Positions 47,717-61,734 of a stretch of DNA of 64,000 nucleotides are shown here, piece after piece; positions within the stretch are counted from its first letter, which is position 1; each line of letters opens with the position of its first letter. The DNA lies in the NCBI GenBank assembly GCA_002104905.1, contig MCFE01000054.1, positions 124,001-188,000 on the forward strand. The letters are read 5' to 3'. The position numbers and the translations under genes were made by a program. This stretch comes from Basidiobolus meristosporus CBS 931.73 (taxonomy: Eukaryota > Fungi > Basidiobolomycota). The notes below the pieces were generated by a model. The model saw only the letters and a program-made list of their open reading frames with translations. It searched no databases and had not been told where the DNA came from.

Positions 47717-49781
47717 ATGACAGCCTTCACTGGTCAGAAACGTAAAAAAGCAGTAGATTGGAATGCCTATTACAAGAACGGTTACCCTCAAGAAGTCATA
47801 GTAATAGAAGATTCTCCGCCTCCAGCTTTACCAAGTCTATTTCCTACAAATACAAACACCATCGACCTTTCCAATAGAGCTCAAGAACTCCAGTCTTCTT
47901 TGTTAGCCCAGAGCCTGCCCCATTCTACTACCTCTAAGCGCCGTAAGAAAGACGTCCCTGCAAGCCAACTTAAGAACGCCTACAATAGCACAACCAATTC
48001 ACTACAGCAGGATAAGGTAGGGAAACGACCACTACTTTAGCGATTTTGTCTGCCAAGCATGTGATAGAACCAAAAGCCTTATCCAGATCGTCAAACCGAG
48101 AACTGACAGATTTTCATGATTTTATAGCTGCCTTCTTCTGTATCTACTAGCAACCAAAGTGGGCAGCAACCTCCATATGATGACAAAGAAGGCCATTACA
48201 TTATTGTCGAAAACGAAGATCTGACTCCAAGATGTAAATTTGGTATATCCAAAACTTCTAAACTGGATAGGTAATAATCAAATCTTCGTTGCAGATAAAA
48301 TCATGCAGCTTTTGGGCCAAGGAACATTTGGCAAGGTTGCAGAATGTTGGGATAGAGTCAATCGCTCGTACTGTGCCATCAAAATCATCCGTGCTGTACA
48401 AAAGTATCGAGACGCTTCCAAAATTGAAATTCGTGTCCTCAAGACGCTCAGAGAGCGAGATCCTTTCAACCTTAAGTATGTCGCAACTAACTATGTTTTT
48501 CTTCTGGCTTGCGCTAACTATTCTTTATTTTGTAGCAAATGTATTCATCTGAATGACTGCTTTAATTTTCGTAATCATATTTGTATGGTATTCGATCTGT
48601 TAAGCCAAAGTTTGTTCGACTTTTTGAAAGACAATATGTTTGCCGGCTTTCCACCTCACCATATTCAGCACTTTGCGAAGCAGTTGTTGACCAGTGTTGC
48701 TTGTAAGTGCTCTCTTTCTTCCCTAATACTGCGATCACCGTTCTCATTTGGTACATTGTGAAGTTTTACATGACCTGCGCTTGACCCATACCGATCTGAA
48801 GCCTGAAAATATTTTGCTGGTCAATAATGACAGCAGGATAGTTCCGTCCACCGTAAGAAGCTCATGTTCAGCTCTAGCCGTTGCATCCTTCGTACTCATA
48901 TTCGTTTTGTAGCGACACAACAACAAGAACATGAAGGTGTTATTGGACTCGGAAATTCGACTTATCGATTTTGGTAGTGCAACCTTCGAGGCGGAGTATC
49001 ACAGTTCAGTTGTTTCCACAAGGCATTACAGAGCCCCAGAGATCATTCTAGGTATGACGGATACTCTTGGGCGCCAGCTGGGGCACTTTTATGTTGACAG
49101 TCTTTTTGATTTCTTCAGGTACCGGATGGTCTTATCCTTGCGATATGTGGTCAATTGGATGTATTCTAGTTGAACTGTTTACTGGTGATGCGCTATTCCA
49201 AACGCACGATGACCTTGAGCACTTGGCTATGATGGAGATTGTTGTAGGAAAAGTACCGGATCGTATAGTTAGGGGCCTAGGGTAAGCAATCCACAGTGCT
49301 TGTCACAATCGGCTGCACAGTCTATTTAGTATGTAGCATGCACGGATGCTGATCCAACTTGCCATTCACAGTCGTAATACCCAGAAATATTTCAAGAATA
49401 GTCGACTGAATTATCCCAACCAAGACACAAATCGTACTAGCCAGAAGTACGTCAAAAACATGAAACCTATAGAGGTGGAGATAGTCATTCTTGATTAACC
49501 AAAGCCCTTACTCATTAACCATTTGATTTCAGTCTATCATTCCTCCCTTAACTAATTGTAATGCCTACCTCCTGGACCTTGTTAAAAAAATGCTCACCTA
49601 CGATACCGCCCAACGCATCACTGCACGAGAGGCCTTGAATCATCCTTATTTCTCGATTCAATTCGACGATAGAGGCGAGGAAATTGTGCCTTCATCGCAT
49701 TATTCCACACTAGATTATCCGTCGCGGGTCAACAGACTTACGAGTGGATGGCCAACCAATACAAACTATGATATTCGGTAA
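47717..49781 (+). CDS. lkh1: LAMMER dual-specificity kinase (Lkh1/Kns1/CLK), about 9 exons
   Basis: [46 protein letters not shown] signature; N-terminal [19 protein letters not shown]. The 3' end could be spliced (cgg|taagt). Confidence 0.93.
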
Positions 49782-50694
49782 GTGCTCGGAAGTAGTGCAT
49801 GCCGTTTAGTGCGCATTCATGATGTATACCTATCTAACGGTACGACTCTTCTCATAGCTGCACTGGACAACCAAATTGGGCATATCAGTACTAGAACATC
49901 GGCGATATGTCCTATGCGGTATCGTTGTCGTCTACCAAGGACTTATATAAGTTCCAAAGCATATTCTCTTTTGTATTTTCCCAACCAAGGTAGCCCTAGA
50001 TGCGCCACCATCCTCCTTGAATCTGCGAAGACTCCTGGATTATCTTTTGAATCTCAACGCTGATTGTCCTTCACTGCAATACGGTTTGCCGCGTTGAATA
50101 CAAAAGGCATAAAAATAGGATTTTCAGTGATTCATTTCGCGATGGCACCTTCCCTCCGCTTTTTTTAGAATGAGTACTTGTCACTCGACTTTTGGATTGT
50201 ACAGACCCTATTTCTACTACTTCACCAGGCTGCTCACCATCATATTGGTCAATATCAAACCTATACTTCAGCCTGCATCTGAGCATTTACATCATGCCCA
50301 TACGTGCGCCATAGCTTGATTCACTCTTACTTCTTGTCTCGATCTGTGCTCAACTAGTATCAAACAGCCAAATAAAGGCGCCTTTTATTGCTGAGACAAA
50401 TGCGTAATCTCAACGAGAATCATGCTTGGCTAAGCTAAGTTTTAATGAGCTTCCGATTGACTCTCTAACACCCATTGGAAGCTCACACACGATGTTGGTG
50501 AAACCGATATCGCAATGCCGATATTGCCTGACCAATTCTATCGACTTTCAGGGATCAAAATCACCGGAATCCCAGAATCGTAACCAACCGAGTCCGTTTT
50601 ACCAAAGTTTTTCATTGCAAATAGAAAATCTTGATGTGATATAAATTCGGTAGGCCGAGTGACACTGAGGGTTTCTGGATTACCAAACAAAACG

Positions 50695-52236
50695 ATGGCA
50701 ATCTGTAAATTCTTTCTCCAAGGGCGATGCGCTTTTGGTGCATCCTGCAGAAATGAACATCGTCGACCAAACGATAACAACTCGAACTCAGCAACAAGTA
50801 AGAACCTTCCGAATATTTTTGAACAGTCCATTCGAATTCAACTTGCTCTCTATCACTAGCGGGTTTCGGTGCAAAGACGGGGTGGAAAAGTAACAGCAAC
50901 GACGGCTTCTACAATAAGAACAAAACCACCAACAGCTCCTCAGGTGAAGTCATCACGTTAGTATATTTCGCAGCCCTTTCTGATTTGTGACCGTTGGAGC
51001 TAACTCTCTCGATCTAGTACACAAAGCGTGTTGGAAGATCTCAGTGATGGACAGAAACCTATGTGGCCATTTTCTGTTTACTCTCCATTGAAATCCGGAC
51101 CCAACATGATCACCGGGACTGATCTATCGTTCGAAGAAGCACGCCTACAATTTTATACCGAAATGAAATCGATGGGCAATGCTAATCAATATGTAAGTTG
51201 GATCTCCAAGATTGAGTCGCTCGAATTGTTTTGCTCAATAGAACTTGACCGTTTTTAGATCGCGCAAATCAACAGCATGCAGCAAAACATCACCTCCCAA
51301 ATCAACAACATCAAAGGGAATCCTCGCGCTGCTATTGATCGTGTCAAGAATAACACTTCCGGCTCGGCTTTCGGCAACACTGGCTCATCCGCGGGAGGAG
51401 CATTCGGCAGTGGAACAACAGGGGGTGCGTTTGGCAGTACGGGAGGCGCATTCGGCAGTGGAAACACTGGCGGAGCGTTTGGTAGTGGAAGTGCTGGCGG
51501 AGCGTTTGGTAGTGGAAACACAGGAGGAGCATTTAGTAGCGGAAGCACAGGAGGAGCGTTCGGCAGCGGAAATACCGGAGGAGCGTTTGGTAGCGGAAGC
51601 ACAAGAGGGACATTCGGCAGTGGGGCTACGGGTGGAGCATTCGGAAGTACAGGTACAGTAAGTGCGTTCGGTGCCGGTGGTTCGGGCTTTGGCACAAATC
51701 AACAACCCAGTGCGAATGCCTTCGGCAATACTGTCAGTGGGTTTGGTAACAACACTCCAGCAGTGTCGGCTTTTGGAAATCAAGCTGGTTCATTCGGTAC
51801 TGCGGCCAACCAAACACCGGCTTTTGGACAAACTGGGTTTGGCAATTCGCAGAGCACCACAACAGCCTTTGGACAAACCACAGCTTTTGGGCAACAACAG
51901 ACGACACCAAATGCTAGTCCATTTGGAAATAACGCCGGTGGAGCCTTTGGCCAGAACAGTAGTGGAACTCAGTCAGCATTTGGTAACTCTACTGGTCAAA
52001 CAACAGGCTTCTTTGCAAGTGTCAACTCAGCACCGCCAACATCCTTCTTTGGATCGCAGGCCGGACAAACCAATGGTTTTGGCCAAGGAGGTAACCAGAA
52101 TCTTGGAAATGTCGGTGCATCCAATACTCCTATCAGTTCACTACAACCTCAAGAACTCGAAGCCTTTCAGGCACCCCAGTTCCAATATCAGCATGTGCCT
52201 GAGGTAGATCCGCCAGTGGAACTCCGGACCGCTTGA
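50695..52236 (+). CDS. NUP42: CCCH zinc-finger FG nucleoporin (NUP42/NUPL2/Amo1-like), 4 exons
   Basis: MAICKFFLQGRCAFGASCRNEH zinc finger, PMWPFSVY..SFEEARL middle domain, AFG repeats, C-terminal ELEAFQAPQFQYQHVPEVDPP tail. Confidence 0.85.
51394..51660 (+). repeat. Coding tandem repeat, about 10 units of GGAFGSGxT (mostly 27 nt)
   Basis: Directly visible in the DNA and the translation. Confidence 0.9.
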
Positions 52237-55200
52237 TGAATCACCTACCAACTACAGATTACCACTGATGATATCAATGTCGCACCCAAAGAACAGTGAT
52301 AGTATTCATGTTGAAATGATTCACTGATGTAAATATCAATGACGGTATGGTTACAGAACAATCTATCTAGAAGTACAATGGCAGCTTTATCAATAATAAA
52401 TATATGGCTACAATCAACCACCCACCCATAGTTGCGTACACAACTCCAATATGTTGAAACCAAGCATTTTTAGATATGGTGCGGATTTATAACTGTCATA
52501 TCAGAGCATCTTCATCTAATCACCCATTGTATTGCTAGCAGGTGAGGCTTCGATCTAATAGGCCCTTGCAGTAGATCTCATCTAACAAAATCCTTGCGAA
52601 CATCCTTTCATTCAAGGCAATAGACTCTAGCTAACTTAAAGTCTACTGCTGTGCACAAAACCCATGTTTATTTGGTGATCCCAGTAACCATGGATACCAG
52701 CATCGTTTGTAATGGACGGATCCTTGAAAAAGGAAATTAGGCAGAGCCGTGGGGATATGACCATGTATCACAGATGCTCTCTACTTCCGCTGGGGTAGTT
52801 ATTATTGTTGGTATGGAAATAGTTATAAACAGACTGTTGATGAATCCAATCCCTTGTGTGTCGCCGTGGCAATCGCGGGAAGAGGAAGGGATGCTCTATA
52901 CAAGATGTATGCATGTTTTCGAACCACTGCCTGGACACGGTCACATCGAAGCTATGCAAGCTTTGAAATGCATCCGAACATATCAGCGATATCTCAGATT
53001 ACATAAACACACCCAATCTGACAATACCGAAAAAGGCCCTGTCACTTACCATGACACACTGCCTGCGGAGCCGAAGCCCCAGAGGTAACATGAAGCGAGG
53101 AATATAGTAAATCTCATTTTACTTGATGCTTCATCGAAGATGCCGAAGAGCACAGGAGCTTTCGCCAGCCAGAAGATCAAAATCTAATAAGAGAATATGG
53201 AATAGCTGAGATTCATTCCCAGCAAACTTTTCCCCATCTAACCGATAATCAAGTCGCCACAAGATGTATCTACCACCATCCATGACACACCGCTTACGTT
53301 ACATTGATGCTGACACACATCCAAACCAAACCACAAATTAGTCATATCGAGTTGACTGAAGTCTTCTCCTCCAGGCTCCGCAACGTGTGAAGTCCACGCA
53401 GTTGTGAAAGTAATGTAGGACAGACCTTTGGGTTGTCGTCAGTAAACAGCTTGCACACTGCTTGTACAAAAAAGCGAGGTTCACAAACAAATTAGTGAGT
53501 TACGCTCGGTTTTCGTTAACTGTACCACCAAACCTCCCAGCCACGACAGAAGTCCTTGACAAAATGTCTGAGCCCTCCATTTAATCTATCTTGGATCATC
53601 GGGATCTGGATATGATGGTGGTCTTCAAATATATACGCTTCGATCGAGCATGAATGGATAACGGCTGATCTGATGTTTTTGATGATAACTCAGGGTTTAA
53701 TTCAGAAGGTCGATTGAGTTACGTTCCTCAATGGGCAAGATCACTAGAAACACAGACGTATCGGGTGTATAGACCAATGTATACTCCCTATGAGCTCAGA
53801 TGTTTAAGCATACTCCTTGTAATTTGTGAGAATAGATCCACCTAGTAGGGAGATTGCGGCAGAGCTCCATTGCTGCTGGAGAATCCACCGGCTTTTCTAA
53901 GCTATATCAAAGAATGAACCTTTTTCCAAACCAATCGTGACAACGTTCCTCAACAGTGGGCCAGAGGCAGAGTGGTTGGAGTTTACACTTGAATGCTTGG
54001 TTGTTATACATTGGCCCGAAAGATTCAGAAACAGTATTGGATCATTTCTCAATGGAGGTTATATACATTCACAGGCCAAGTATATGATCCGAAGACATGT
54101 ACTTGACTATCATGCGCACCATCTGCAGCGCGAGGCCCCTGACCGTACATTAGGGCAGTGGATATCTAATATACTGATAGGATGGGTGGTGTGATTTTAA
54201 GATGTGCCCGAAGTGCCTGGTTTTGTGTGAAGTGTCCGAAGTATGTGGATATTAAAGGTTCTGATTGCAAACATAACCCAAATAACCTTTGTATCGATCA
54301 GATGAACCTGTTGAGTGTCTCCCTGCTCACACTGTCAAATGCAGATGGGTTATTGTTTACCCAAAAAGACAACTGGGTCCAATTAGGTGCAGTGGCCTTT
54401 TTGTTTGATTTCTGCTTTCTGATGATAATCATCTGCGTATTTACAAGGATTGAAATAACAACTTACGAGTGAATGACGACCAATAGGTGGCCTGAGATCT
54501 TCTTAGTTATCTTCGGAATCCCGGATATAGATGAAACGAGCACCGCTCTGTTTCTTTTAGCATCTCAGGTAGCTCAGGCTAAATTTTCCAACAACAGTTC
54601 CCTCGTGTGAGGGTCTAGAAGAGTTTCTTTTTGCCTCGAGAGGCTTTCTTGTTGGTGTGTACATGTGCCATGGAAAATCAGGTCAGCTGTGGGCCAGAAT
54701 AGCATGTGGTGACACTGAGAACATGTTATCACCTGTCCTAAACAAGCTCTGCGCTCATTCCTGGAATCCTACGCACATCTTTGTATACCTTTCGAACATT
54801 CTTTTCGGCGAGCTCATTTTTACCTGCATAAAGTTATGCCATTATACTCGAATGTGTTTGCTGGTGTAAGAAAGCACCAACATAAGGACAAACTGCTCAG
54901 AGTACCTGCAAAGGTAGCACACACTGAATAACAACATTGTCGGATAATCCATGCGACCACAGGCCACAACCCGAGCACCGCAAAGCCGACTAGAATAGTC
55001 GATAATCTCATTACTCTTGTCCTATAAGTATCATACACATGGTTGCACACATATTTTACAAAGTCTGTTCAGTTGTATACGCAACGTGTAGGATCGCCTT
55101 GAGAAAGTATCGCGATAAGAGTTTGATCTATTATGAGAATTTCTGATTTAAAGGGCAAAACCACTTCATGTAGGACTTTCTGCTCCAGCAAAAAGATAGC

Positions 55201-56202
55201 TGGAAATATCACTCGAATGGACAGATAGCCTATTTCGCAGGCTAATTCTGTTATGTTCGACTCTGTCTAGCAGCTCTTCGAACAGTCGGCACATGGATGT
55301 ACGTTATGGTTAAAACAAGCAGTTCTATATCTTGTCCATTTAACTGAAATGGATTGGTCTCTTAGATAAACCCTTATTCCGTGCTGTTATCTTATCACTC
55401 ATTTGATTTATTTATTGCAAATAAAATCCACTGTAATTTGGAATGTGAGAAAAACCTAGTGATACTAGGGAACATGGGGCCGGCGATTCAACTGACTCAA
55501 AACCCACATAATATACTATATATTAGGCACAACTCTGGTGATTAGAGCAGTGGTTTGGCCAAATTACAAAACAGGCCAACCAGGGGTCGAGAGGGAGATG
55601 TTTCCAAATTTGGTTTTTGGGAGGGCAAACTTTATTTATGCCAAAAGAGTTTAAATGTTACTACAGGAATATGAAGCGTATTGTACTGATTTGATTTTGA
55701 ACAGTAGAACCCATTCATTGCAACGGATCATCTGGATCTAATTTCCACATTGAGCATTAGTCAGTAACTTGGGACGCTACTCACTAGGTTTCATGCATCT
55801 GAATTTCTCATTTAAGCCCAGCCTCCTCAACATTGTCCTTCTCGTTAACTTTCCATTCTTCTACAACTATCTCCCGAGATTACGGGATTTGTTCGTGTTT
55901 GTCCCTTTATATATACGCTGCTTTGACTCTCTCAAGCGTGTATTGGATCTTTGAGTCTTTGCAATTATTCTTTGTTAGTCGGTGTACAGTGACTTGCTTG
56001 GCCATTACATTTCCACCAGGTGTTTTTATATTTGCCGAGGTATGTATCACTCTATTGTAGCTTAGCCTTGTCTTGTTTAGCACCCGATACTTTGCCGTAG
56101 AGCCTATACTTCAATCTTTGCATGCTTCCTTGTCAACTTCCGGACTTTCTTTAACTCTTTCCACGCCATGCTAGCCAATTTCTTCGCTTTTCTCCTCTGA
56201 TC

Positions 56203-57532
56203 ATGGGTTGCTGTGTTAGTCATGACGACTTGGAAGGAAGACGTAAGAACGACGAAATCGAAAACCAACTGAAAAAGGATCGTGTAACTCAGAAGAATGA
56301 GGTTAAGATGCTGCTCTTAGGTACCTGCCAAATGGGATCGATTTTGCAGAACTGGGCAATGAATTAAACATCTCGTTGTTTAGGTGCTGGAGAGTCGGGG
56401 AAAAGTACAGTCCTGAAGCAAATGAAACTAATTCATGAGGGAGGGTACAGTGTTGATGAAAGGGAGTCCTACAAGGAGATAGTCTACTCTAATGCCATAC
56501 AGTCTATGAGAGTAATCTTGGACGCGATGTCAAAAATGGGCATTTCTTTAGCCGACGAAAAGAATGCCCTACACGCAAATGTGATACTTGAGCTTCCACC
56601 TCAGATTGAGGGTGATACCCTAGCATCGGAGGTTGCCGATGCAATCAAGGCGCTATGGAAAGATGGCGGTGTTCAGGAATGCTTCAGTAGATCCAGAGAA
56701 TACCAACTCAATGATTCGGCCAAATAGTAAGTATCAGTGTTCCACTGATCTCAGTGTGCTATCTGATCTAAATATTAATGTACACCATTTTATTTGAAGC
56801 TATTTTGACTCTATAGACCGTATCTCTCATATTGACTACATCCCGACTGACCAGGATGTTTTACGTTCCCGCGTAAAAACCACCGGGATCACTGAAACAA
56901 CATTCCGCATTGGGGAACTCACGTACCGCATGTTGGATGTGGGTGGTCAACGATCCGAGCGTAAGAAATGGATACATTGCTTTGAGAATGTCACCGCCAT
57001 TGTGTTCATGGTGGCCATTAGCGAGTATGATCAGACTCTGATTGAAGATGAATCAGTGGTAATTTCCCTTTGTAGAGCCGAACTCATCCCAACCGTTGAT
57101 TGATAACTATTTCCAACACCCCAAATAGAATCGCATGCAAGAGGCACTGACCCTGTTTGATTCAATTTGCAATTCCCGGTGGTTTGTCAAGACATCGATT
57201 ATCCTTTTCTTGAATAAGATCGATATATTCAAAGAGAAGCTCAAAGTCTCCCAGATCAGTAAATACTTTCCCGACTACCAAGGTAAGCATCGCAGAACAC
57301 ATGGGCTCTTGCCTACGTATTGACCATCCAGGATTACATTCAAGGTGGAAGTAACTATGAGTTGGCTTGTCGGTATATCATGGAGCGCTTTGTTGCCCTG
57401 AACCACTCAGATAACAAGCAGATCTATACCCATTTCACCTGTGCCACCGATACTGATCAAATCAAATTTGTCATGGCTGCCGTGAACGATATCATTATCC
57501 AGGCCAACTTGCGAGACTGTGGTCTCTTATAA
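56203..57532 (+). CDS. GPA1: Heterotrimeric G-protein alpha subunit, fungal class I (Gi-like), 5 exons
   Basis: MGCCVS acylation motif, LLLG|[40 protein letters not shown]-terminal DCGLL. Confidence 0.95.
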
Positions 57533-59209
57533 ATCAATGAGCCTGCGGTCTTTACATAGCCGAGTTCACTCATGGATTTGTTCCTTACACCTTTCCTTAC
57601 ACTTCATTTAATTTAAACCAGCACGTGATTCAGCCACCCACCTTTCTCGTGATTTGATTGAATACTTTGTAGTTACTTCACCAACCACTTTTGCTATGCA
57701 TAGCTTTATCTGAGCAGTTTCTTCTATGTTTTGATAACTTCCCTACCCTGAGCCCATACAGTACAGCAACCTCCACCGGATTCTACTCGCCTTTCACATA
57801 ATTAATCATGAGTTGCAGCTTAACATACTACCGAACGATGTTTCATTATAAACTCGATATCGAAATTATATCCTGGTGCGAAGTTTCTAGGATACACCAA
57901 TTGGATTCCGAAGGCCGCAAATACCATCGCACCTGTTAGCAAAAAACTGTAAAGGGCATTGAGCAAAAAGTGGCCGATACTCAATGCCACAACGGGTATG
58001 TGGCTGCCTGAGTAACGGTATCCCAGTATCATAAATCCATATTGTGTTCTAATTTAACCTCAAGCGATCAAATTTGTTGGAACACAGATTTGATGTGGTA
58101 AAGAAACCCTAGCTACTGGACTGCGATTTGTTGGAACTCCATGACTCGGAATCACTTGTTTGACCATCGTGATGTGTTGCATGTCCCGTTCGTAGTACAA
58201 CCATTATTTTGTTGGGGGCTTATAGGCTTTGGGTGTGTATCCATAGTAAGCATATATGGCAATGGCTTTGTTGATGATCTGATACCAAAGACCACGCCTT
58301 CGATTATAGGCTAACCTGAGGCATGTCAGATGGTGGTCTCACTTCTGATAGGCAGCACATTGAAAGATGCTGCTCCTGACAATAATAGGCTTTGGTATTA
58401 GTCTTAATGAGCCAGTACACGTTAAACAGACCTTAGCAATAATGTGCCACGCTAGCCAATAACCAGCCAAAAAGTGATTGGGACTTGATGCAGCCCTACC
58501 AACTGCGTATCACCCTGATTCGGAAATTCGGCAATTCGGTCTAATCAAGGGCACAGTGTTGGAATCGGTCCATGCTCATCATTTACATTCTCCACGGCCC
58601 GGCTATCAATAAGCATCACACCTAATCTAGTTGCAGATTTATGCTCGAAATTGTTCCGTAAATTCGAGTGCAAATGAGTATACTTCTAGGTGAAGCATGC
58701 CATAGCATTGGGCCGGTTGTGGATTGGCAATCGAGGAGCCTGTTTCCTTAAAATTAGAATGTAAGAGGTCATTAATGCTGATATATATGCACTCTAGGTG
58801 GCAGTTGATATACTTCTACCCCTAATGCGTCTAAGGAGTACCTATATTTTTGGCGCAAGAACGGCCCTAATTTATTCAAGCACAGCAAAATATCGCGATT
58901 GATGATTAAAATATCATACTCAATAAGGAGGGTGATGAATTGGGCCCAAATATATTATGCACTTCATTTCAAATGAGCTAGGTTCCAAGATTGGAAGCTT
59001 GGCTGTTATCCCCCTTAAAGTGTTTATTAAGAAATCCGCGTGGGCTAAGTTGTGAAAAGACTGAAGCTTGAGCAAGTGGGCTATTCTATCCTGTTCTCAT
59101 ATCTTCCAACACTTTCTTGCCTACTAAAATTATATACATATTGTCTACCAAACTTCGCCACTGTCTTTATCGTTTTAGAACATACACGTCGGGACAACTT
59201 GCTGACTAA

Positions 59210-60581
59210 ATGGAGACTCAACAAGAGCCTAAGTACATGTATGAGATTTACCCTGGAAAGAGTCGCCCTCTTTTCTGGGGGCGTATTGTTACTGGGAAAG
59301 ACCATTGGGCATTTGGCGTCACCTTGTTATTACTAAACGCTCCTATCGTACTCTTTTCTATCTTTGTGTAAGTACATGCTACTCCTTGAGGCACATTTAC
59401 CGTATGCTTTGAGCGCTAAATGCCATATTCCTTTAGCTGCCCTTATTTGTATATAAATATCAGCCCAGCCTTAATATACATATTCGCCTATATATACCTA
59501 ATATGTGTCCTCTCCATGTTTAAAACATCCTGGACAGATCCCGGTGTAAGTATTTCCTTTTCTACAGTACATGCTGAAATCTTTTTCTCACTGTTTGATT
59601 TTCTCCCTTAAGATTCTGCCCCGCAATTTGGACCCAACCCCTCCGGTGGAGACTGATAGACAGGCTCATTCCTCGGAGGAGGAGGAGAATGGTAATCAGT
59701 ACACGTATCAGCCGTCATTCCCAATACCGCGCGATGTACGAGTAAATGGGATTATCACCAAGTTGAAGTATTGTGATACTTGTCGTATCTACCGACCACC
59801 ACGGTGCAGCCATTGTCGACAGTGTGATAACTGTGTTGGTAGGGTCGTTGATGCCTCTCGATTTTCTCACGCCCATTAACGCGTCAACATATTTCCAGAA
59901 AACGAAGACCACCATTGTATCTGGCTCAATAATTGCGTCGGGCGTAGAAATTATCGCTACTTTTTTGCATTTATATTCACCGCTACTTTGCTGTGTTTTT
60001 ATGTGTTTAGCTTCAGCCTTGCACATCTGATATTGTACATGAAATCCCAGCGAGACTCCCTTGGGTTCGATTTCTCATTCCTGGATAGTATACTAGCTAA
60101 TCCCGTCAGATATCCTTTGATCCAATATGCTGCATCCATTATTACGTTTACTGAGATGAGGCGTGATATCCTTAACAGTTCTCACTCTAGTTCTTGTTAT
60201 TTATACGTTCGTTTTTGAGTGGTCACTAGGTGGGTTGACGGTGTATCATCTCTATTTGGTATCCAAGAATATGACTACCCATGAGCAGGTAAGTCCACGA
60301 TAACGTAAAGCCATTTTTAAATTGTCCTGCTAACAAGTTCTCCCAGATCCGCTCTGCTGTAAGTACGCGGGAGACTATCAACCCATTTGATTTTGGAAGC
60401 GTGTGGACAAATTGTTATCACTTCATCTCTCGTCCTAGACCTAGAAGGTATAGTACATTCAAGTCAAGGAGCAATGGCACAATTCTCAATTAATGGTGTA
60501 TCTAGTCATATCGATTGGACTGGGATCATTCCTGTAGATGAGGATGAGGTCGTTCCAATCAATCCTAATCGTGCAGTGTAG
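59210..60581 (+). CDS. ERF2: DHHC palmitoyltransferase, ERF2/ZDHHC9-like, 7 exons including one AT-AC intron
   Basis: WTDPG|[29 protein letters not shown]|[48 protein letters not shown]. Confidence 0.92.
60110..60185 (+). other. U12-type (minor spliceosome) AT-AC intron, 76 nt
   Basis: 5' ATATCCTTTG, branch point TCCTTAAC (60169-60176), 3' AC nine nt downstream. Removal gives in-frame ANPVS|LVLVIYTF. Confidence 0.9.
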
Positions 60582-61734
60582 CCAACCCATCTGCATGCAT
60601 CTCCCAAGGGTTAGATCTGCCTGTACACCACTTTAGTTATACCTGGCTGTTGTTGATGCTTTCGTCATATATATATATATATACATATATAAGAGTAACT
60701 AATTTCGATCACTCGGTTCATTACGCGACTAGTGTGATATGTCTTTAGCAAATACATATTTCAATTGTTCTTCTTCCAGGCAATAAACACCCAGTATAGT
60801 CCATTGAATATAGAATACCAAGAATTATTCCTACCATGCTATTTAACAAAGTAGTAAATGCATATGAGGATAATGAGATGCGGTTCTTGCTCTTTCATTA
60901 TACACCTTTAGCAACGTAAGGCACGTGATCGCATGCCGTTTCTATTTTAAATTATATGAGCTGGGATCCCGATGTCTAGTCTTTTGGAAGGGATGTTTCG
61001 CCAAGCCTTACGAATTAATCCATACTCTTTGATGGGACCTTGACACAAATACATGGGTGGAGTAGTAAGCCATAGAGCCTTGATTATAATTCCATCGTTG
61101 CTGCGCCGTGGGATCATGGGCTGAGCATCCTCCTCTGGCGGATATTATTAGGATTAAACACGCGCCATGTACTAAAAATAGAAATCAATAGTCAGGTATG
61201 TAGGTTAGTCAAGGTGAGCTGATGCCCATTTTTAGTATGAGTCAGTTTGTACATTTCGATCGAAGATCAAGCATTGAATCCGCAGACTTGCGATATGTGA
61301 CAAAGGAAAAAGACTCGTTGTCAGGAGGATGTTGCTTTGGTCTTTGTTGGCAGATCATACGAAATCCGATAGCATTGGATTTGATTTACCCAGTGCAGGA
61401 TTTCTAACGCCGTTTGGCTGATTTCATATCTCATAGCTGGGATTTCTAAATTTCACGATACAAGGTCTCAATGTTTGTTTGGCTATGTAACAACTACGGT
61501 TACGTATTAGAAAAGTGCCCGAGTAAAAAAACCTAGGCTTGGCTTGGAATTGCCTTATCGTTCTTACCCTAAATTGGAATTCACCCCAGATAGTCTTTGT
61601 CCTATCTAGTTGTACCAATTAAGTGTGCTGACACTCGATTCCGGCTATTATTAAGAATTCTTATCTTATATAAGGACTCCAAGTCGAAGGATTCCCTCAC
61701 CTCAAGTCAATCCACACCTCTCTACACTCCAAAT

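Noticed and set aside
51255-51783. Long antisense and alternative-frame ORFs over the FG repeat (also over the GPI gene at 62133-62702)
   Set aside because: Shadow ORFs produced by repetitive, biased coding sequence on the other strand or frame.
53400-54200. Fragments resembling a third fungal TF pseudogene
   Set aside because: Motif-like pieces occur in the wrong order.
57820-58340. Long minus-strand frame with few stops (DHHLTC..., hydrophobic tail) and a plus-strand KFLGYTNWIP stretch resembling gypsy RT
   Set aside because: Neither reading gives a convincing domain; left unassigned.
60667-60690. (AT)n microsatellites here and at about 4899-4917
   Set aside because: Ordinary short intergenic microsatellites.
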